A stretch of 64,000 nucleotides of DNA from Amoebophrya sp. A120 (lineage: Eukaryota > Protista > Dinoflagellata), in NCBI GenBank assembly GCA_905178155.1, contig CAJINV010000021.1, positions 287,760 to 351,759 on the forward strand, given 5' to 3'. Both the position numbers and the translations under genes were made by a program. The notes beneath the pieces were generated by a model, which saw only the letters and a program-made list of their open reading frames with translations, had not been told where the DNA came from and ran no database searches. Of the stretch, positions 1-13,594 are shown piece by piece; the stretch's first letter is position 1; every line of letters begins with the position of its first letter.

Positions 1-18
1 GGTATTAACGCGGCCGCG

Positions 19-3000
19 ATGAACAAACAAGCTCAAACGGGTCAAAACAATTCCAGTCGTGTGTCCGATGAAGGACGGGAAGTAGAAGAGTTGAGGCGTA
101 GTTCATCTTCAACCTCCGCCGAGCAAGAACTTCTTGCTGAGGACTTCCGGCAGCCCAGTTCCGCTTTCCTTTCCCAACGGAAATACGAGATTCTGGGGGA
201 GAACAAGATTTCCGTGGAGTGTAAGCCCTACGGGTGGTATCTATCGCAGGAATTTTGCGACTTTACCACTTTGTTCCAATTGCACTGCTTGTGGGCTCCG
301 AGTATATTCACGAACTGGATGCTCGCGATTGTCTCCGGCGTGATGTGCCTGCTGTTTGGCATGCGGAACGCCTGGAACACGTTCGACGCACAGAGGGAGA
401 TCCAGCGGCTCGCGAGCCGGACCAGCGAGGATTTCGTACACGTCTTTCGTTACGTTGGGAGGAAGAAAACCGGGAGGAAAAACAACTACAACGACGGAGT
501 CGTCGGGCCCTTCTCCACCACCACCTCGCGAGGTGGATTCGAACAACAAAATAAATTCCTGCAACCCGCGACCAGCAGCGTGCAGAACCGGTCTCGACCC
601 ATGTTCGAAATGGAGTCCGTCCACGTCTCCGAACTCGTTCCTGGGGATCTAGTGGAGATCCCCGCGACAGGCGTGGTCCCCTGCGACTGCGTCGTGGTTG
701 AAGGTGCTGTGGTGGTAAACGAGAGCAATCTGACCGGGGAAGCCATGCCGATCCAGAAGTTTGCGCTCGAAGGAAACGCCTCGGAGAGACTCTGCTGGAA
801 ACGGCACGCGAAGAAGAACATTTTATGCGCGGGGACGGCCATCATGCAGAGCCGGGGGAAGACCGGGAACGACCCGGCCGTCGCGGTGGTGCTGGCAACG
901 GCCGCGGGAACAACTAAGGGGTTGATGATTCGAAGTATCATCTACGCGGAAGAGGTAATTTTTACTAGTATCTATGGGTTTGATTGTGATTCATTTTTTC
1001 AACACCACAGTTGCGTTTGGTTTTGATTTGTTTACTTCGTACAGACAAAAACATTGACTGGGAATCTTCATCATGTTCTTTCACACCTAATCTTGTTCTC
1101 AGGTTCATTTCGAACTTTACGACAAGCTGCCAATCGCAGTGCTGATGAATGCCACTTTTGCCGGAGTTGTCGCGATGCTCACGATCTTCAGCCAAGCCGA
1201 ATGGCAGGCATTGTTGATCGCGGGCTATTTCGAAGCGGTTTGTATCATAGTTCAAAAACGCAACGGCCACTTTAATATACCCAGAATTTTTGGTGTTGGT
1301 CTTGCATGGTAATATTAAAACTAAGCGGGCCCGCCAGCGCGGAGGACGCTGCATGAGCGTGTGATGTTGTTGTCTGGCCGCTAGTTTTAACACAGTTGAC
1401 AGCACAACAATAGATACAGCTTCTCCTGGATTTGATATTCTCGTGTTTGATGCGGTTTTGATTTTGATAGATGGTGCAATATCCCGCCTGGTTTCCCCCC
1501 TGATTCTGGTTGGCTTCAAGATCACGCAGGGCCAGGCCGCGGCCCGGTTAAAGAGTGGTCCCTACGAAATCCAGTGTTTGAGCTATCGGCGGATTCCCAT
1601 GGCGGGAAAGATGGAGGTCCAGTGCTTCGACAAAACGGGGACATTGACAGAAGAGTCGCTGCATCTGCACGCGGTACAGGCGGCGCTTCTTTCTGCGAAA
1701 CATTTAGGACTGGAGGAGAATTTTTACGCAACCGGTGGTGCGACGTCGAATGGTGCTTCTAGTTGTGCAACGGGTGGTCTCATGACCAGAAAACAAGTAG
1801 AACAAGATACGACAGCCACGACGACTTCTCAGCCACCACTCACCGTGCACATGGGCGCTTTACATCAGACCACGAGTGGCGGGCGCGATATGCTGCGTGC
1901 CAACTCGCACGTGTTCAGCCTGGCGGACCTCGCCGCCAGTACCTGTGACACCGTGACGGTGCTCGACGACGGGGTGACATTGGCGGGGAATAAGGTAGAG
2001 TGCGAGCTTGTGCACTTTTACGGTATGGACCGCGATCACAAGCTTGCGGTCAAGCGGTCTCACGCGGGAAGGGATACCGAAAGCGCAGCAAATAAGGAAG
2101 AAGGTGCTGCGCGGGACGCCAAACTGATCCACCGGCACCCCTCGGACGGAAGGATTTTGGCGCGCACGGTTCGCCAATTTGAATTCGACCAACGGACGCA
2201 GCTGCAGTCCGTCGTGGTGGACATTCCAAAGCACGTTCTCGACGGCGCGCTGGAGCCCGCTGATTTGCAGTACGTGTCACAAAGCGGAACCACTACGACA
2301 GGCGATCGAAAGCTGACGTGGGACGAAATGGCGATGAACCAGCGGCGATTGATCCAGAACTACGATTCACGGGCGTCCGTGATTGGAAGTGCGACTCCCG
2401 ATAGGGTGGATCAGCATCTTCATACCAGCCCCTTGCTGTTGAGCAACAGCAGAGATACTTCCGTCGCCGACCATGGAGCGCAAGAAAGCAACGTTTCTAC
2501 GCCGGTGATGCAGATGAAAATAGAGGAAACAGACGCGGACTTTAACTCCACTTCCACGGTGTATCGCAGTAGCCGAGACAGTGGCACGCGCAGCCCTGCT
2601 GGGGGCGGTCTGGTACCACGGGCACAGCATCAACCAGCCCCGGAAATAACTGTGTTTCCACCAGGAGGAGATCCTGCTTTTCAACGAAATCACACTTCCG
2701 CGTCCGTAGCGAGTGCTGCCTCCGTATCTCCTTCCCCCGCCCCTACTTCCGCCGCGACCCGGTTTCTCTTCGCCAAAGGGAGCCCGATCAAGGTGGCCTC
2801 GCAGTGCCGCCCGGACTCTTTGCCGCAGGATTTTCACGCGCGCGCCCGGCACATCGCACGCAGCGGGTACTACCTCCTCGCGTTGGCTTGCCGACCGCTT
2901 CTGACGGAAGAGTTGCAAACAGCGGAGAAGCGCGAGGATTTAGAGCAGGATCTGACTTTTCTCGGCCTGCTTTACTTCAAGAACGAATTGAAAAGCTGCA

Positions 3001-6000
3001 CGGCGACCGCGATCGCGGAGCTGCAAGACGCGGGAATCTTCACGGTGATGGTAACCGGGGATAACTTGTGGAACGGATTGCACGTCGCAAAAGAGTGCGG
3101 CCTGATCCCCGCGTCGCATGCCGGATCCATATTACTGGCCGATGCGGAAGAAAAGAAAACGCCGACAGGAGCAAAGAGAGGGCAAAGGATTGTTGAGAAG
3201 AAAACCACTACTAGTAATCTACTTGCGGTTCCGAGCGCATCAATGGACGGAATACAAGGAGTTTTCATGAATAACGAGAAAAGAAAAGAATTTGAGGCCG
3301 AAGAAACAGGACCACCAGTAGACCACCCGGACGAGGACCAAACGACATCTAGCGGTACAGAAGAAGAGGACACTTCCTCTTCCGAAGATGACAACGAGGA
3401 TCTTGAGAAGAAACCAGTGGAAAAACAGCTTGTCTGGACCCGCGACATCCCGCTCCTCCAGGCCATCTCCCCCTCGAAGCCGAATGTGCGGGCCTCCCGC
3501 GTATTCGCGCGGGGGGCTCCGCGCGCCAGATGTTGCAGCTCTGCGGACCCGGGGTATGACGAGAAAATTGAGAGTTTGATCGAGGACGAAACGACCCTGT
3601 TTGGCGTCACGCAACACGCGTTCACGTATTTAAAAGAGCACGACCCGGAACTCCTGCACCAGATCTTCCCCCGGGTGGTGATTTTCGGCAGCATGAGTCC
3701 CCAGGGAAAAGTGGACGTCGTGTCCAAGTGGGGGGCTTCCAAAGTGGTCGGTATGTGCGGCGATGGCGGGAACGACTCGGGCGCTTTAAAAATGGCGCAC
3801 GTGGGCATGGCTCTAGTCCCGAAGGATGGAACGTCCGAAGTCTCGATCGTCTCGCCTTTCAGCAGCTCCGGCGGGGTCAAGCCGAAAGTTGGAGAGAGTG
3901 GCTCTTCAGCTGCTCAGGTTGAAGTTATTTCCCCCGCAGACCACGAAAAACGCCCCTTGCTGTTGGATTACAGCAGCGACGACAAAATAAACGCAGATAC
4001 GCATCATCATTCCGCGGCAAGCAAGCGAGAAAGGCGCGCAACGGAGCACGATGTCCCCGAAGAGCTGCACCCCGACCCGTCTATTCATTCCGTCGTGAGT
4101 GTGGTAAAAGAGGGCCGGGCTGTGCTGGAGAATTCCGTCGCCTGCTACCAATTTTTCGTGTACTACGGCTGCCTCTCCGTGATCTCCAAGATGTTTCTGC
4201 AGGTGCGCCACGGCTACTACAGCGAGTTGGTCTTTCTCTTCCAGGACGCTTTTCTGGTCGTAGCGGTCACCTACGCGATTGCTTCGTCCAAGCCGAGCCT
4301 CAAGGTCGCGAACTACACCCCGAGCGCGAACATTCTGGGCTACGAGATTTGCTGCGGGATTTTGTCCCCCATTGGCTTCTCCGTGTTGGCTTTGTTCCTC
4401 ACCTACCGGAGTTTAGACGCGCAACCCTGGTTCGTCGCGCCCGACCTCTTCGAGCTCAACATCGACGTGGCGGCTTGGTGGAGCAAGCAGGGCGTCTTTA
4501 CCGCCGCGGTCACGGGGAGCTGGTCCGTGCTCTCCGCGGTCGGCGCGGCGTTGCTCTTCTCCCTCGGCGGAAAGCAGCGGAGAGCCTGGTTTCGAAACTG
4601 GATCTTGCTGGTCGTAGTTTGTGTGGTGGTGCCACTCTGGACTTTTCTCTTGTTCACCGCGAACAACCCACTGAATTGCGTTTTCCGGGTGAATTGCGAC
4701 AACGAAACCAGTTGGGCGACGACGTTTCAGCCGCTGACGTTCTTTTTAAACACCCGGGAACTGTACAACAGCGCCGTGTGGTTTCAGGACGGGAGCGGGA
4801 AAACGGATTTGTTGTGGGTGTCCGAGCAAAAATTGTCTGGTATTGCGCCCTTTCAGGACCAGCCGGCCATCGCACTGACCGGGAAGTTCTGCGAAGCGGC
4901 CAGGGGGTTTCTGGAAAGCGAAAAGAACAACGGGCTGCCCGTGTGGACCAGAACGACGACCAGTGGCGCGGAACAATGTATAGGGGCGTGCTTCATTGCG
5001 TTTTCGTTCAATTAGAATTAGTTTTGCTTTGCTATAGTACGAACAGCGACGTGAGCTTTAGAATTGTCAGCAATGGAAGAGACTTTGTATACAGCAAGTA
5101 GTAGTGGTGCAGCCAGTGCGAACATTAAAACTGTATAGTTGAAGCTCTTGACTTCTGACAAATGCACACTGCAAACAGGCATCCTCGAGTTGGAGCTCGG
5201 TGCACCGGCTAGTTCATTCCAAACACCGTCGCAAAAAGCGTATCACTGCCAGCAGAGTTGCCGCGCCACGTGGTCGTTCCGCGGAGCCGACAACCCCGAT
5301 AGCCACGCCAACGACAATCGCTTTTTTTGCTGGTGGACCGCGGTGACGGATAACAGCTGCTTCCTGGTGCCGCGGCTTGACGCTGCGCGGAAACGCGCCA
5401 TGGGCCCGGAAAGTCAAAATTTTGTAAATGCACAGCTACATCAGCCAGCAGACGTCGCACTACAACCTGGAGGACAACAAGGGCGATCTTCGAATTTTCT
5501 CGGAGCTAACCGAACGCAGGCCGACGTTGTACAGACTCCATTCAAGGCTGACGCCATCGCGCTAAGAGATAGAACAGCGACCAACGCGAGCGGTCCCCAT
5601 AGAAATTCTCCGGAAGAGCCACCCCGTCCCCCGGTTGGGTTTGAGCAACTGAGCCTGAAGACTGTCCACTTTCGCAACGCGCACAACGTTATCAAATGTA
5701 AAAATGTCTGGGTCTGGAAGAATGCAACTTGTCATGCTAAATCTGAAGCAGGCAGAAATCTGTGTTGCATGATTACCAAATGTCGTCCAGTTTTGACCAA
5801 GTCGGAGGGGAGTTTCTCATGCAGGATAGGCATCAGAGGGATCGCACAGATTCTGTCATGCCAGGTCCTGCATTCCAGACCTCATGGGTCATGGAAAAAC
5901 TGCATGACAAATCGCGCATTCTTCCAGACCCAGACACTTTTACATTTGATAAATGTGCTTGCGTGGGAGCAGCCGGCGAACACACCGCTGGAGGAGTCAT

Positions 6001-7729
6001 TGACACAGCCTTATCAAAAAGAAAAATCCCCCCTCCCCATATCGAAAACGAAATTTTTACAACCGGAAGAGCCGTTTGGAAAACCGACTGCGTGATTGCT
6101 GCGGTTTTACACGCTAGCAACCTGAATAAAGCACAAACATAAGGCGGGCGCCGGGGATCGATTTCGCCGCATGGAGGCGCCTACTTTTGCAAGATCGTCT
6201 TGGCAACCAAAAGGGTTCGGGCTCTGGGCGCGATTTTATTGATAGATGGGCCACAGGAATTGACTTCCAAACGAGCCAAATGGTTTGGACCAGAAAAATA
6301 GTCCCAGGCAAGGGGGTTGATGCGGTGTGGCTATAATCCACCCTATTCGCAGGGCTTCCGCCTACGGAGAACCAACCTGGCTGAAGACGACGGCTGCTTC
6401 GTCCCTGATCTGGGGAAAGCTGGCCCGCCGGTCGTTGGGCTGGTGACAATAGGACGAGCCAGGCAACTGGTCGGGTTGGTTGGCCGTAGGACTACTCCCC
6501 GCCCCGCGCGGCGCACCCGGAGGCCTGTCTCCCACCGTGTTTCCGGGGCTTTTCCTTGCCCCGTTCGTGCGCCATCTCAAAGGCAAACCGGGGACCCGGG
6601 AACGGCCTTCCGCGGGATTATTCCAGGAAACGAAAAAGGCGACAAAAAAAAAAAGCCAAAAAAACCCAGCGTTAGCCCCGCGCCGTTTTTATCTTGCGGG
6701 CGCCTTTTTGTAAAAACGCAGCAAACACGCAGACGCCAAAAAAATGCCGGAATCTGCGGATACAGTTGCGGCGTTTTTAGGCAAATTGCCCAAAATCACA
6801 AAAGCGGCGCGCGAAAATTCGGATACAGCTGCGCAGTTTTACAAATGACGCGCAAAAAAGTGTTTTATTTTTCGCAGTGCCATCGTGATTGTGGTAATTT
6901 GGACCGTAAAAAAAACGACCGCGAGCCCGATACAGTTGCGGCGCATTTACGTTTTGGGACCCGGAAAGCGCAAACTTGCAGACAAAATCGCAGAATTAGC
7001 TGCGCGGTTTTAGGTTTTCAGCGGAAAAACGTGCGAGGTGTTGTGGGTTCCGCCCCTGTGGCCTGCCAAAAGCCGACAAAATCGAAACGCGAAACGGCGG
7101 ACATAGCCCCTGCGCATTTACAGACGAGGGGCCCCAACCCCGTGAGCGGTAGCAAAGACATGCACCTGCTGAAAACATCGCAGTTTAGGACTTGGCGGGA
7201 ATAATGAGCAAGGGGCCGGCTCATTTCTGTAAAACCGCAGCAATCACGCTGGCGCTATTCTTAACGGCCCTTTCGGCTCTAACGAAATTTGTGATGCAGT
7301 ATTTGAGTACACAAATCGCATTTGTCTTGCTGGAGGGGACTGCAGACCCATGCCAAGCCTGAATAGAGAGGCTTTGACTTAGGCGCTTAGCATGAAAAGC
7401 GTCCGCGATGTTGGCTCAACAGCATGACAAACCGGCTCCATAATGGGACGGAAGCTGCTGCCCTTGTCTTCTTGCAACACACACGTGATTTGTGACCTCA
7501 AATCAGCAACACAAATTTTCAAAAACCTACCTCTTCAATATGGGGAGGGGGGATTTTTCCTTGCGATAAGCCTTCGATAAACGCGAGAACGTTCTCGTGG
7601 ACCTTCCTATTTCTCGCCACACTTGCGATCGCCTTCACGATAAATGTGCTCATGAGCATTTTTGTGATCAAAGGCCCGGTGGGAGTCTGGTTGTCCGGGA
7701 AACTTTTCGGAGACAAGAAAAGGATGTGA
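19..7729 (+). CDS. P5(B)-type cation/polyamine-transporting P-type ATPase (ATP13A-like), multi-exon; the 5' end may lie upstream of the window
   Basis: Motifs LVPGD, PCDCVV, NESNLTGEAMPIQK, CFDKTGTLT (phosphorylation site), KGSP, MVTGDN, GDGGNDSGALKMAHVG and EGRAVL. Reconstructed exons ~19-954, 1103-1242, 1475-4977, 5179-5689, 5957-6011 and 7574-7729 (last TM helix SWTFLFLATLAIAFTINVLMSIFVIKGPVG). GT-AG introns 955-1102 and 4978-5178; the other three introns are TIR elements. Confidence 0.9.
1243..1469. mobile_element. Introner-like non-canonical intron (TAT...ATA class, decayed foldback)
   Basis: Imperfect TIR tatcatagttcaaaaacgca / tgcggttttgattttgata and inner IR ttaaaactaagcgggcc / ggccgctagttttaa. 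Flanks gtttg/gatgg. Removing element plus 5 nt restores the ATPase frame. Confidence 0.7.
5690..5951. mobile_element. Introner-like intron, TIR family A (tatcaaatgtaaaaatgtctgggtctggaa)
   Basis: ~35-bp TIR and 5-bp direct repeat aacgt/aatgt. Excision gives HNV|LAWEQP in frame. Confidence 0.9.
6012..7568. mobile_element. Introner-like intron, TIR family B (tatc..gaaaaatccccc-C-run-tccccatat), enlarged by a nested element
   Basis: TIR at both ends and perfect 5-bp direct repeat agcct (6007-6011, 7569-7573). Excision joins LTQP|SINARTFSW, the final ATPase exon. Confidence 0.88.
6091..7248. mobile_element. Non-autonomous TIR DNA transposon (MITE-like) nested in an introner
   Basis: 21-bp perfect TIR cgtgattgctgcggttttaca / tgtaaaaccgcagcaatcacg and 3-bp TSD ctg. 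Internal repeats gatacagYtgcg at ~6759, 6822 and 6929. No credible ORF. Confidence 0.85.
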
Positions 7730-9312
7730 CAATATCTTGATTAGAAGTAATTCAGGCGACGTCCTCGTATGTTTAAGTTTATGTCTGAAATCTTCTACTA
7801 GCGAGACAATCGCGCGCCCCTCACCCATGGCCATGAAGAAGTGAAAAAGATATAAGAGATTCGAAGCCACATTGGTTTGGTGAACAGTCACGAACAATAG
7901 TTTCCTCCGAGGTTGCTGCAGGATCTTGGCCCAGCTTGTTCAACAGTGATGGGCCGGCTCTTGTTGCACCCCCACAGAGACTGCTTCTGACATCCACAAA
8001 GATTATACCAGCATACAACTTCTGTGTCTGTGTAACAAAACTATGAAAACAAACTTATCCAATAAGAATATTATCAAACGAAAAACACCTTCGTTGGTCT
8101 TGGTTTGTGAAGAAACGCAGACCAAATTTGAAAATAGTGAACAACCGCAATGAACATGATGCAGCCAAAACGGCTAGCAAGTACAAGTAGTAGTTCTAGT
8201 TGAAGACAATTTTTGCTCTTGATTGTTTGAGTAAAGGTGAAAAATCCACTTGGAGTCCACCACCTCTAAACTGACACACATCGAGCATTTCGCGACTTCG
8301 CTTCTTGTCTTTGGTGCCGCGACGACGTGAGGGTGCAGCTTAGATTCTTTTTTTCTTTTACTTTCTCACCGAAACTCACCAGAACCGCAACACTTCTTCA
8401 CACTTTCAAACTGGGTACGATCATGTAGAAAATGGCGCTCGGATAGTACCCGATAGCGATGACTGTTCCTGTGGTGTGGCCACGGATAGTACGGCGCAAA
8501 CGGAGCCGCGCTTTTTTTCTCCTTGACCTTGTCACCCCACTTGTTTTTTACTTGGTTTTTTTTTTGGTCGATAGCACAATTTTTTATTGGTAACGAAGAC
8601 GAACGCCGGATACTGATACAGTTGTCGATATGCTGGCGAACAGCAGGAAACGTAAAATCCACTAACGCGAACAAAATACTTAAACAAAGAGAAAACATAA
8701 AACGTCGCCGGCAACAAGAGCAGACGTGGGCTTCAAACTTACAAAAAAAAATTCCGGCCGGATTTCACTTGATTCAGAAGCCAAGAAACATTACTCAGAC
8801 TTCATCATAGTATAGACTTCTTTTAACCATGTTTGATTGAAGGCCATATTAACACGGTGACTGTGCGAGTAGATGCTAGATGTATTGGCTGCTCAACATC
8901 GAGCATGATACTGATAGTATTGACAGTAGAACCCATAATTTCCAGGCGGCGGAAACACACAAGATTTTCTGCTGCTTGGGATTTTTTATCTCTAGTTTTT
9001 CTATTTCACTCTTCTACTTCTGTCACTGTTGAAAAGAAGGCAACCTTCAAAATATTGAACAGCAATGGGTGTGCCCCTGCATCACGGAATTTACCCGACC
9101 TCAGATCTACCAGAGCAGAGTACTTGCGCACAAGAATGAAAAGCGAAGACCTCAACAGGAGAAAGATAAAAGAAGGCATGCTTTCGGAAGCCAAGCTTAT
9201 GACTCTGGTTGTCAGGAGTGCAGTTGTTGTTCGCCATCTTGCAGTAGCATCGGCTGCGGTCGGGGCGTTTTTCAGGGGCCATCCATGGTGACGAGGATGT
9301 GTTGACTAATAT

Positions 9313-10763
9313 CAAATAAACTCTTGCCAGGCATCATCTGCCACTGCGTTGCGTCCTCGCAGCTGCGCCGCCGGTGGCGCAATGAGGGCCGGCCGGCTGT
9401 CGAAGCCGAGAATGGCCCGCGCTCCAACTTTGGGCGCGGCCGGAAATTTGCGCGGCGTAGCGCATCGCTGTGAAGACGCGGACGCGCCGACTTGCCTGCA
9501 GGGGGCTGGCCTCGCTCGTTGATGTCGCAGCGGCGTGGCGCGACTGGTCTGCGCGCTTCATTCGAGGCGGCTGCGCGCCAAGCGGGGCGCGGTTCCGCCT
9601 GTACGCTTGTGGCGTCGGTCATGAAATATTGCGCGCCGATGTGGTGCGGCGTTGCTGGCAAGGCGGCGCACCTGCACGGCGACTGCGCGAAGGCCGCCGC
9701 TGTATTCCTGGAGCGCAGGTCGGCCCGCGTTCTTCAGATCAGCCCGGCAGGCCGCCGGGGCAGCGGGTGCCGTGCGGGCTGGGCTCGCCATTTTGGTGTT
9801 GCCGGGGACTCATGGCAATTGTGGGGGAATGGGCGCCATCAAGGTCGCGCGCCGCCTCCCTGCCCTGCGTGCCTGCCTGGCCGCCTACGCCGCCGACTAG
9901 GGCGCCCCTCCCAAGGCCCGTCAATGGCCTTGCTTCGGGCGGCGCCCGCCTTCTGGGGGGCCGGCGCTTCCTTTCGTGGAACGGGGCGCGCGGGGCTTTT
10001 GCTGATTTCGACAAAGAGGCGCAAGACCGGCCGAGTACCGCAAGGGCGCGGCGCGCGGTGCCGGCCCTTTTGGAAGGCGCGGCCCCGGGTCTGCCGTTTC
10101 GTTCTAACCCATCAGAAAAGGCCGCCGGGGGCAGTTGTGTGTGTGCCCTGCGGCGGGAGTCGCCAAAGGCTTCGCAAGACTGGCGGCCGCCCAAGCGGGG
10201 CGCCGGGGTAGCGAAGCGGCCGGCTGCCCTGCGGCGCCCGCCCGCGAGCGTCGCCTGCTTTGGCGGGCGGAAGGGCGCAGGTGGTCGGCCGCGCGGTAGA
10301 TCGGGCCAGCCTGCCGCAGGCTTGCGGCCGGGCGGCAGGTTGTAGGGAGGCGGCGCATTGGGCCGCGCCGTTTGTGATTGTCTGGATGGTAGCTAGGGCG
10401 CAACAAGCCCACGCGCCCCCGCCCCGCCCGCCCTTGCTTGGGCGCAACTGCCGGCCTGTTCTTTGGTGGGCCGCTGTGTGTCGCAGCCTGCCTGCATTTT
10501 CGGCAGGGGGGGGCGGGCGCCCGCGCCCGATTTGCGCGCCGCCCTCCGTGTGGATGCATGCGAGCGAGGGCCGCAGCGTAGCTTGGCGAGCCAGCGGGGT
10601 GATTCCTGAACTCATTCACGGTGGGGCGTGTAGAGTGGATGCCCGGTCGCCGGGGTCATCTGTGGCCCCCTTCGAGAAAGAACAGCAACAGCCTGCAGCA
10701 GCCTCCGCCTGTGCTTGTTGTGTGTTTGTTAGTTTCCTTTGTGTGGGTGGCGCCCCCGTCACT
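9313..10763. other. Very GC-rich intergenic block, possible mobile insertion
   Basis: Abrupt compositional shift, bounded by taatat on both sides (9307-9312, 10764-10769). No TIR or recognisable protein seen. Confidence 0.35.
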
Positions 10764-11545
10764 TAATATTGGGGCCCATTTATAGTATATTTAGTAGGTG
10801 GCACGACCGCGCCCCATTGCATTCGCATTCGTGTTCGCTGTAGATTCAGTTTGGTCTTGGAATAGCCGTATGACTTGTCGCTCCCCAGTTTGCAGGGTCT
10901 GGAAGGTAAACAGGGGTCAGGGAAATGTCTACGGAGCGGAAGACGAGAGCGTCACTGCGGGTGCGGTCCCAGCGCCCGCTTGATGGGTACCAATCAAACG
11001 CGAGGAGCTAGCACTTGAGGCGAGCGAGCTAGAGAATGAAGAGAAGGAAACCATATGTCTCGAGCGAGTAAGAAAAGCCGGGGCGGCATTTTCAAAGATA
11101 ACGACCGACTCCACACCTCTTTGCTTTTTCACGGAGCGCTTGCGCTGCTTCATCTTCATCCATGCTTGTGGTGAGGATGACTCTCATTTCTAGGTCTCGA
11201 ACAAGTACAAGATGAAAAAATCAATACTGAGGCTGGTTCTGCTTCTTCAACAAAAAAAAAAATCAGATAGCTCCAGCGAAATCATCTCTCAGAGTGTAGA
11301 CAGTGACGCTAGCAGGCGAATAGATTAGCAGTCCAAGGGACGTGTAAATGCAATCCTATTTCGAATACGAATTCGAACGGCATCAGCGACTTCACGACGT
11401 TCATGAATGTGATAGGGCGATGGACTTGCAACTCCTACTCTAGACGTGCAAAAGTAAGAGAAGCACATCGCAAAGTAGTGCGTCAGTGCCGTACTAAAAC
11501 TAATTAGCCTTCAAAATAACTTTATCATCAGATCATTACCAAGGC

Positions 11546-13003
11546 ATGCTCTTTCATCGTGGGAAGCTCGTCTCGGAGACGGTGGAGAAATTCTGGTTTC
11601 TTTTCCTCCCACTCTTCTTCATCTACACATACGGCGTTTATTTCCTGCTCGACTTTTTCAACCTCGCATCTTCCACCTCATTATCAACAACCTCCGCTTC
11701 CACGATAGCAATTTACGTCTCCCTCGCACTCTTGCTGTCCGCCATTTCCTACCCGGTGCTTCTCTACCTTTTCTTCGGCCCGAGAAGCCGCGGGTTCAAA
11801 CACTGGGGCCAGAAGCATGTCTTCATTACCGGCGGCTCGGAGGGCACGGGGTTCGAACTCGCAAAACTTTTGGTGCAGAAGCGACAAGCGAAAATTGTCA
11901 CGCTGTTCTCGCGGTCGCAGACCAAGCTGGACGCCGCAAAAAAGCAGTTGGAGGAGATCGTGGAGAAGCAAAAAAAGACGACGACCAGGAACACGTCCTT
12001 GATTCAGGGCTCAACAAGCATCCGGACCATCGCGGGGGACACTACTTCCTTGGACTCACTCAGGAAGGCGGTGGAAGAGGTATCTTGCTAGTGTTGCTCG
12101 ATTTGGGTAATTTTCATATGTCGAATTTTGGCTCGTTCTGATTTTAATTTCAAGCCCGTGTGTGGGGCAGTGCAGATAAATCGAGTTCGAGATTGGAGCA
12201 ACTATGTATGAGTACGACGCAAATACAAGAATCACGTAGAAAATCAAAACGCCCAGGACTCCACGACCCCCGCACCCGACGTGTTGATTGCCGCCGCGGG
12301 CATGGCGATTCCAAAGTATTTCGAAGACGCTTCGCCCGAAGACTTTGAGCGGCAAATGCGGGTCAACTACCTCGGTGTCGTCAATTCCGCAAAAGCGTTT
12401 CTCGAACACATGCCAGGTGCTGTGACGGAAGCAGGAAAAGGTAGCGATTATGCGGACGAAAGACACAAAAATTTTGTCGCAGTTTCCAGTCTGGCCGCAG
12501 CAGTCCCCTTTATTGGGTATGCGAGCTACGCGCCGACGAAAGCAGCGGTGCGGACGTTTTGCGACGTGCTCAGGAATGAGTTTGTCGACTCAAAGACGAC
12601 CAGCATCCACATTTGCTTCCCCCCCGATATGGACACGCCGGGGTTCCACGAGGAGCAGAAGACCAAGCCGATTGAGTGTAAGAAAGTGTTTCCGGAATGC
12701 TTCAACGAATTGTTCCAACCTGGGGATGTGGCCGAGATGATCCTCGCCGGCATTGAGCACGACCGGTACCACATCTTCAGTCCGGACCTGGTCGGGAACT
12801 TCCTGGCCTCCCGCGGCTGGGGCCCGCACCCGCGGCAGTTCGTGTTCCTGGAGTTTGTATTATCTCCGCTGTTTGTGTTGATTCACGAGGCAATCGTGTT
12901 CCTGATGGACCGGTGTGTTGTGAAGTATGATCACCACGGGGCTTGGGGTGGAGGTGGCGCTGGTGGTAATCGGGAACGAAGTCCGGAGAAAAAAAGGGCC
13001 TAG
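11546..13003 (+). CDS. KDSR: 3-ketodihydrosphingosine reductase (KDSR/TSC10-like SDR)
   Basis: N-terminal TM segments, HVFITGGSEGTG Rossmann motif, MRVNYLG, YASYAPTK (YxxxK) and FPPDMDTPGFHEE typical of KDSR. One intron, probably 12080-12256 (GT-AG). Confidence 0.85.
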
Positions 13004-13594
13004 TAGCGTCGAAAAACTTGATGTGGAAGCACTCGCACTTGTTGTTGATTTCAGCGATGAACGTCTTCTACTCTTCAGCGACAACTCTTCGAGCGACTAA
13101 AACAAAGTACAGTAGACCAACGAAGTGCACACATAATGAATGGGCCCACAAGAATAACAATTTGTACTTGTAAACGACATTGATATTGAAATGCCTATAT
13201 GAAGTGGATGATTGAAGAGGTCTTCTTCATCCTTTGGCACGACATGAGGAACGTCACAGCATGGAAAGAGGTAAAGCGCAAGGCGTTAGTTTCATCTCGC
13301 CGAAAACAGCTGCGCTTTGATGAATGTTCCTTGTAGTTTGGTGCTGCCGAGACCTCCGAGGCTGCAAAGACAAAGAGTGCCCATCGCAGATGGAGAAAAA
13401 ATGAGGGATACGGGCTTTACAAAAGATGCTGCGAGGGAGCGATAAACTACAATGTCAGTTTGAGTACGAATCTACCACCCCGTCCTTTCTTTGTTGTTTT
13501 GTGACGGACGACGTGGCGTCGTCGTCGTGTGAATGATGTAGCAGGGCTACGCGGCGAGAAGCAATAAATCAATGCTACGATTGAAATATTGAAG

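Noticed and set aside
5139-6095. Stand-alone 318-aa gene
   Set aside because: It consists of ATPase exons plus read-through of introner sequence.
6317-7204. 295-aa ORF as a transposase
   Set aside because: Low-complexity R/K/P-rich translation of repeat DNA with no DDE-like motif.
9272-10766. Many overlapping ORFs on both strands
   Set aside because: Expected from very high GC content (few stop codons); no protein-like composition.
12081-12214. KDSR intron as an introner
   Set aside because: Weak inverted repeats exist (gttgctc/gagcaac, ctcgattt/aaatcgag), but the element-plus-5 rule gives the wrong frame and a GT-AG solution exists. At most a decayed relic.
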